Part shown: one piece after another, positions 62,976 to 64,000 of the stretch
Numbering within the stretch: position 1 is the first letter of the stretch
Layout: each line of letters opens with the position of its first letter
Origin: Malacoraja senta
Lineage: Eukaryota
DNA length: 64,000 nt
Direction of reading: 5' to 3'
Assembly (NCBI GenBank): GCA_038087875.1
Contig: CM075991.1
Coordinates: 8,124,001-8,188,000 of the forward strand
Program-made: the position numbers and the translations under genes
The notes under the pieces: generated by a model
Told to the model about the DNA's origin: nothing
Seen by the model: only the letters and a program-made list of their open reading frames with translations
The model's database searches: none

Positions 62976-63648
62976 GAACCTTTGAACTATTCAATATATC
63001 ATAGCGGATTAAGGTGACCTCAACTCCTCGTCTGGCCCAGATCCCAACAACCGGCAAATCCCCATCCTTTGATAAACATGCATCTCCCTCCTCCCCCTCC
63101 CTCTTGCTGCGACTACCAGCATGGTTACTAGGGGGACCAATAACAGCGACCCCTATTTATAGAGTGCCATTTAATGTCACGTCACAGGAGTGTTTGACGG
63201 AAATCTCAGGACAGGCCGACTGAGAGGAGACCGGAACTGATGGTTGAGGGTGTAAACAAACTAGTAGGCCGGGACGATGGGATGAATTGTTTCGTCCCCC
63301 CCCCCCCCATCTATTACACTTGCTAACTTCTAGCTTTCGTTCAGCGATACAGCACGGAAACAGGCCCTTCGGCCCACCGAGTCCGCGCCGACCAGCGATC
63401 CCCGCCACACTAACACCATCCTACACACACTGGGGACAGTTTACAACTATTCCAAGCCAATTAACCTAGAAAACTGGGGAGTGTTGAGAACTGGGGAGAC
63501 AAAAACACCCAGACCTTAATGGGATGAGTTGGGAAGATGGGATTCCATAGCTGCAGGTGGAGTGGAATTTGGAATGGGCAAGAGGCCAGAATCGAGGGAC
63601 AGAGAGACCTCATAATGAGTTTCAACACAGGTTCCCAGGTTCAGCTAA

Positions 63649-63939
63649 CAGGCCTGTCCCACTTGGCGATTTTTTAGACACTGCCGGCGACTGTCATAGT
63701 CGTAGCAGGTCGCCGAAAAAAACGGCGACAACCTACGTCAGAAGTCGAGCTACGCTCATTGGCGTCAGACCCACTCTCGGCGAAAATTTTCCAACGTGTT
63801 GAAAATTTAGCGAGAACCAGAAAGACGCTACGACATTTGCGCGACTGAGGAGACGACTCCCGGCCGACCACCGGCGGACATGTGGCGACAAACTAGTCGC
63901 CTGTAGTTGCCTAAAAAATCGCCTAATTGGACAAGCCCA
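63649..63939. mobile_element. PIF/Harbinger-like MITE (fourth family)
   Basis: taa|CAGGCCTGTCCCACTTGGCGATTTTTTAG ... CTAAAAAATCGCCTAATTGGACAAGCCCA|taa. Confidence 0.7.
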
Positions 63940-64000
63940 TAACTCCGTGAATTTGGAGACTCAGATTTCTGACTTTAGTGCGCAGAACCAGGCCCTTCAG

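Noticed and set aside
53096..64000. CPEB3-type HDV-like ribozyme in the upstream intron
   Set aside because: No recognisable match by eye, and that ribozyme is known from mammals. A covariance-model search would be needed to exclude it.

Overview
Eukaryotic genomic DNA from a cartilaginous fish, probably a skate or ray; this is inferred from HE1-type V-SINEs, CR1-dominated repeats and a SacSINE1-like DeuSINE. The window holds two convergent, spliced genes. On the + strand are the last five coding exons of the netrin receptor UNC5D (6062-25576: end of ZU5, UPA and death domain); the fourth exon has two apparent 1-nt deletions. On the - strand are seven in-frame coding exons (53095-35310) of a CPEB2/3/4-subfamily RNA-binding protein (RRM1, RRM2, ZZ), plus a probable ~4 kb TE-free 3'UTR ending near 31360. 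Its large N-terminal exon(s) were not found. The CPEB is unusually divergent from CPEB2, CPEB3 and CPEB4 and lies next to UNC5D, so it is a candidate fourth 2R ohnolog lost in mammals. A 200-N assembly gap (28724-28923) separates the two genes. The rest is mostly CR1 3' ends, V-SINEs, Penelope-like repeats with minimal hammerhead motifs, PIF/Harbinger MITEs (some nested, with 3-bp TSDs), Rex1/Babar, RTE-X and L2 fragments, one 5'-inverted L1 with TSDs, and simple repeats. Nearly all listed ORFs are repeat artefacts. Repeat coordinates are approximate unless TSDs are given. Comparisons to human proteins are from memory, not from a database search.
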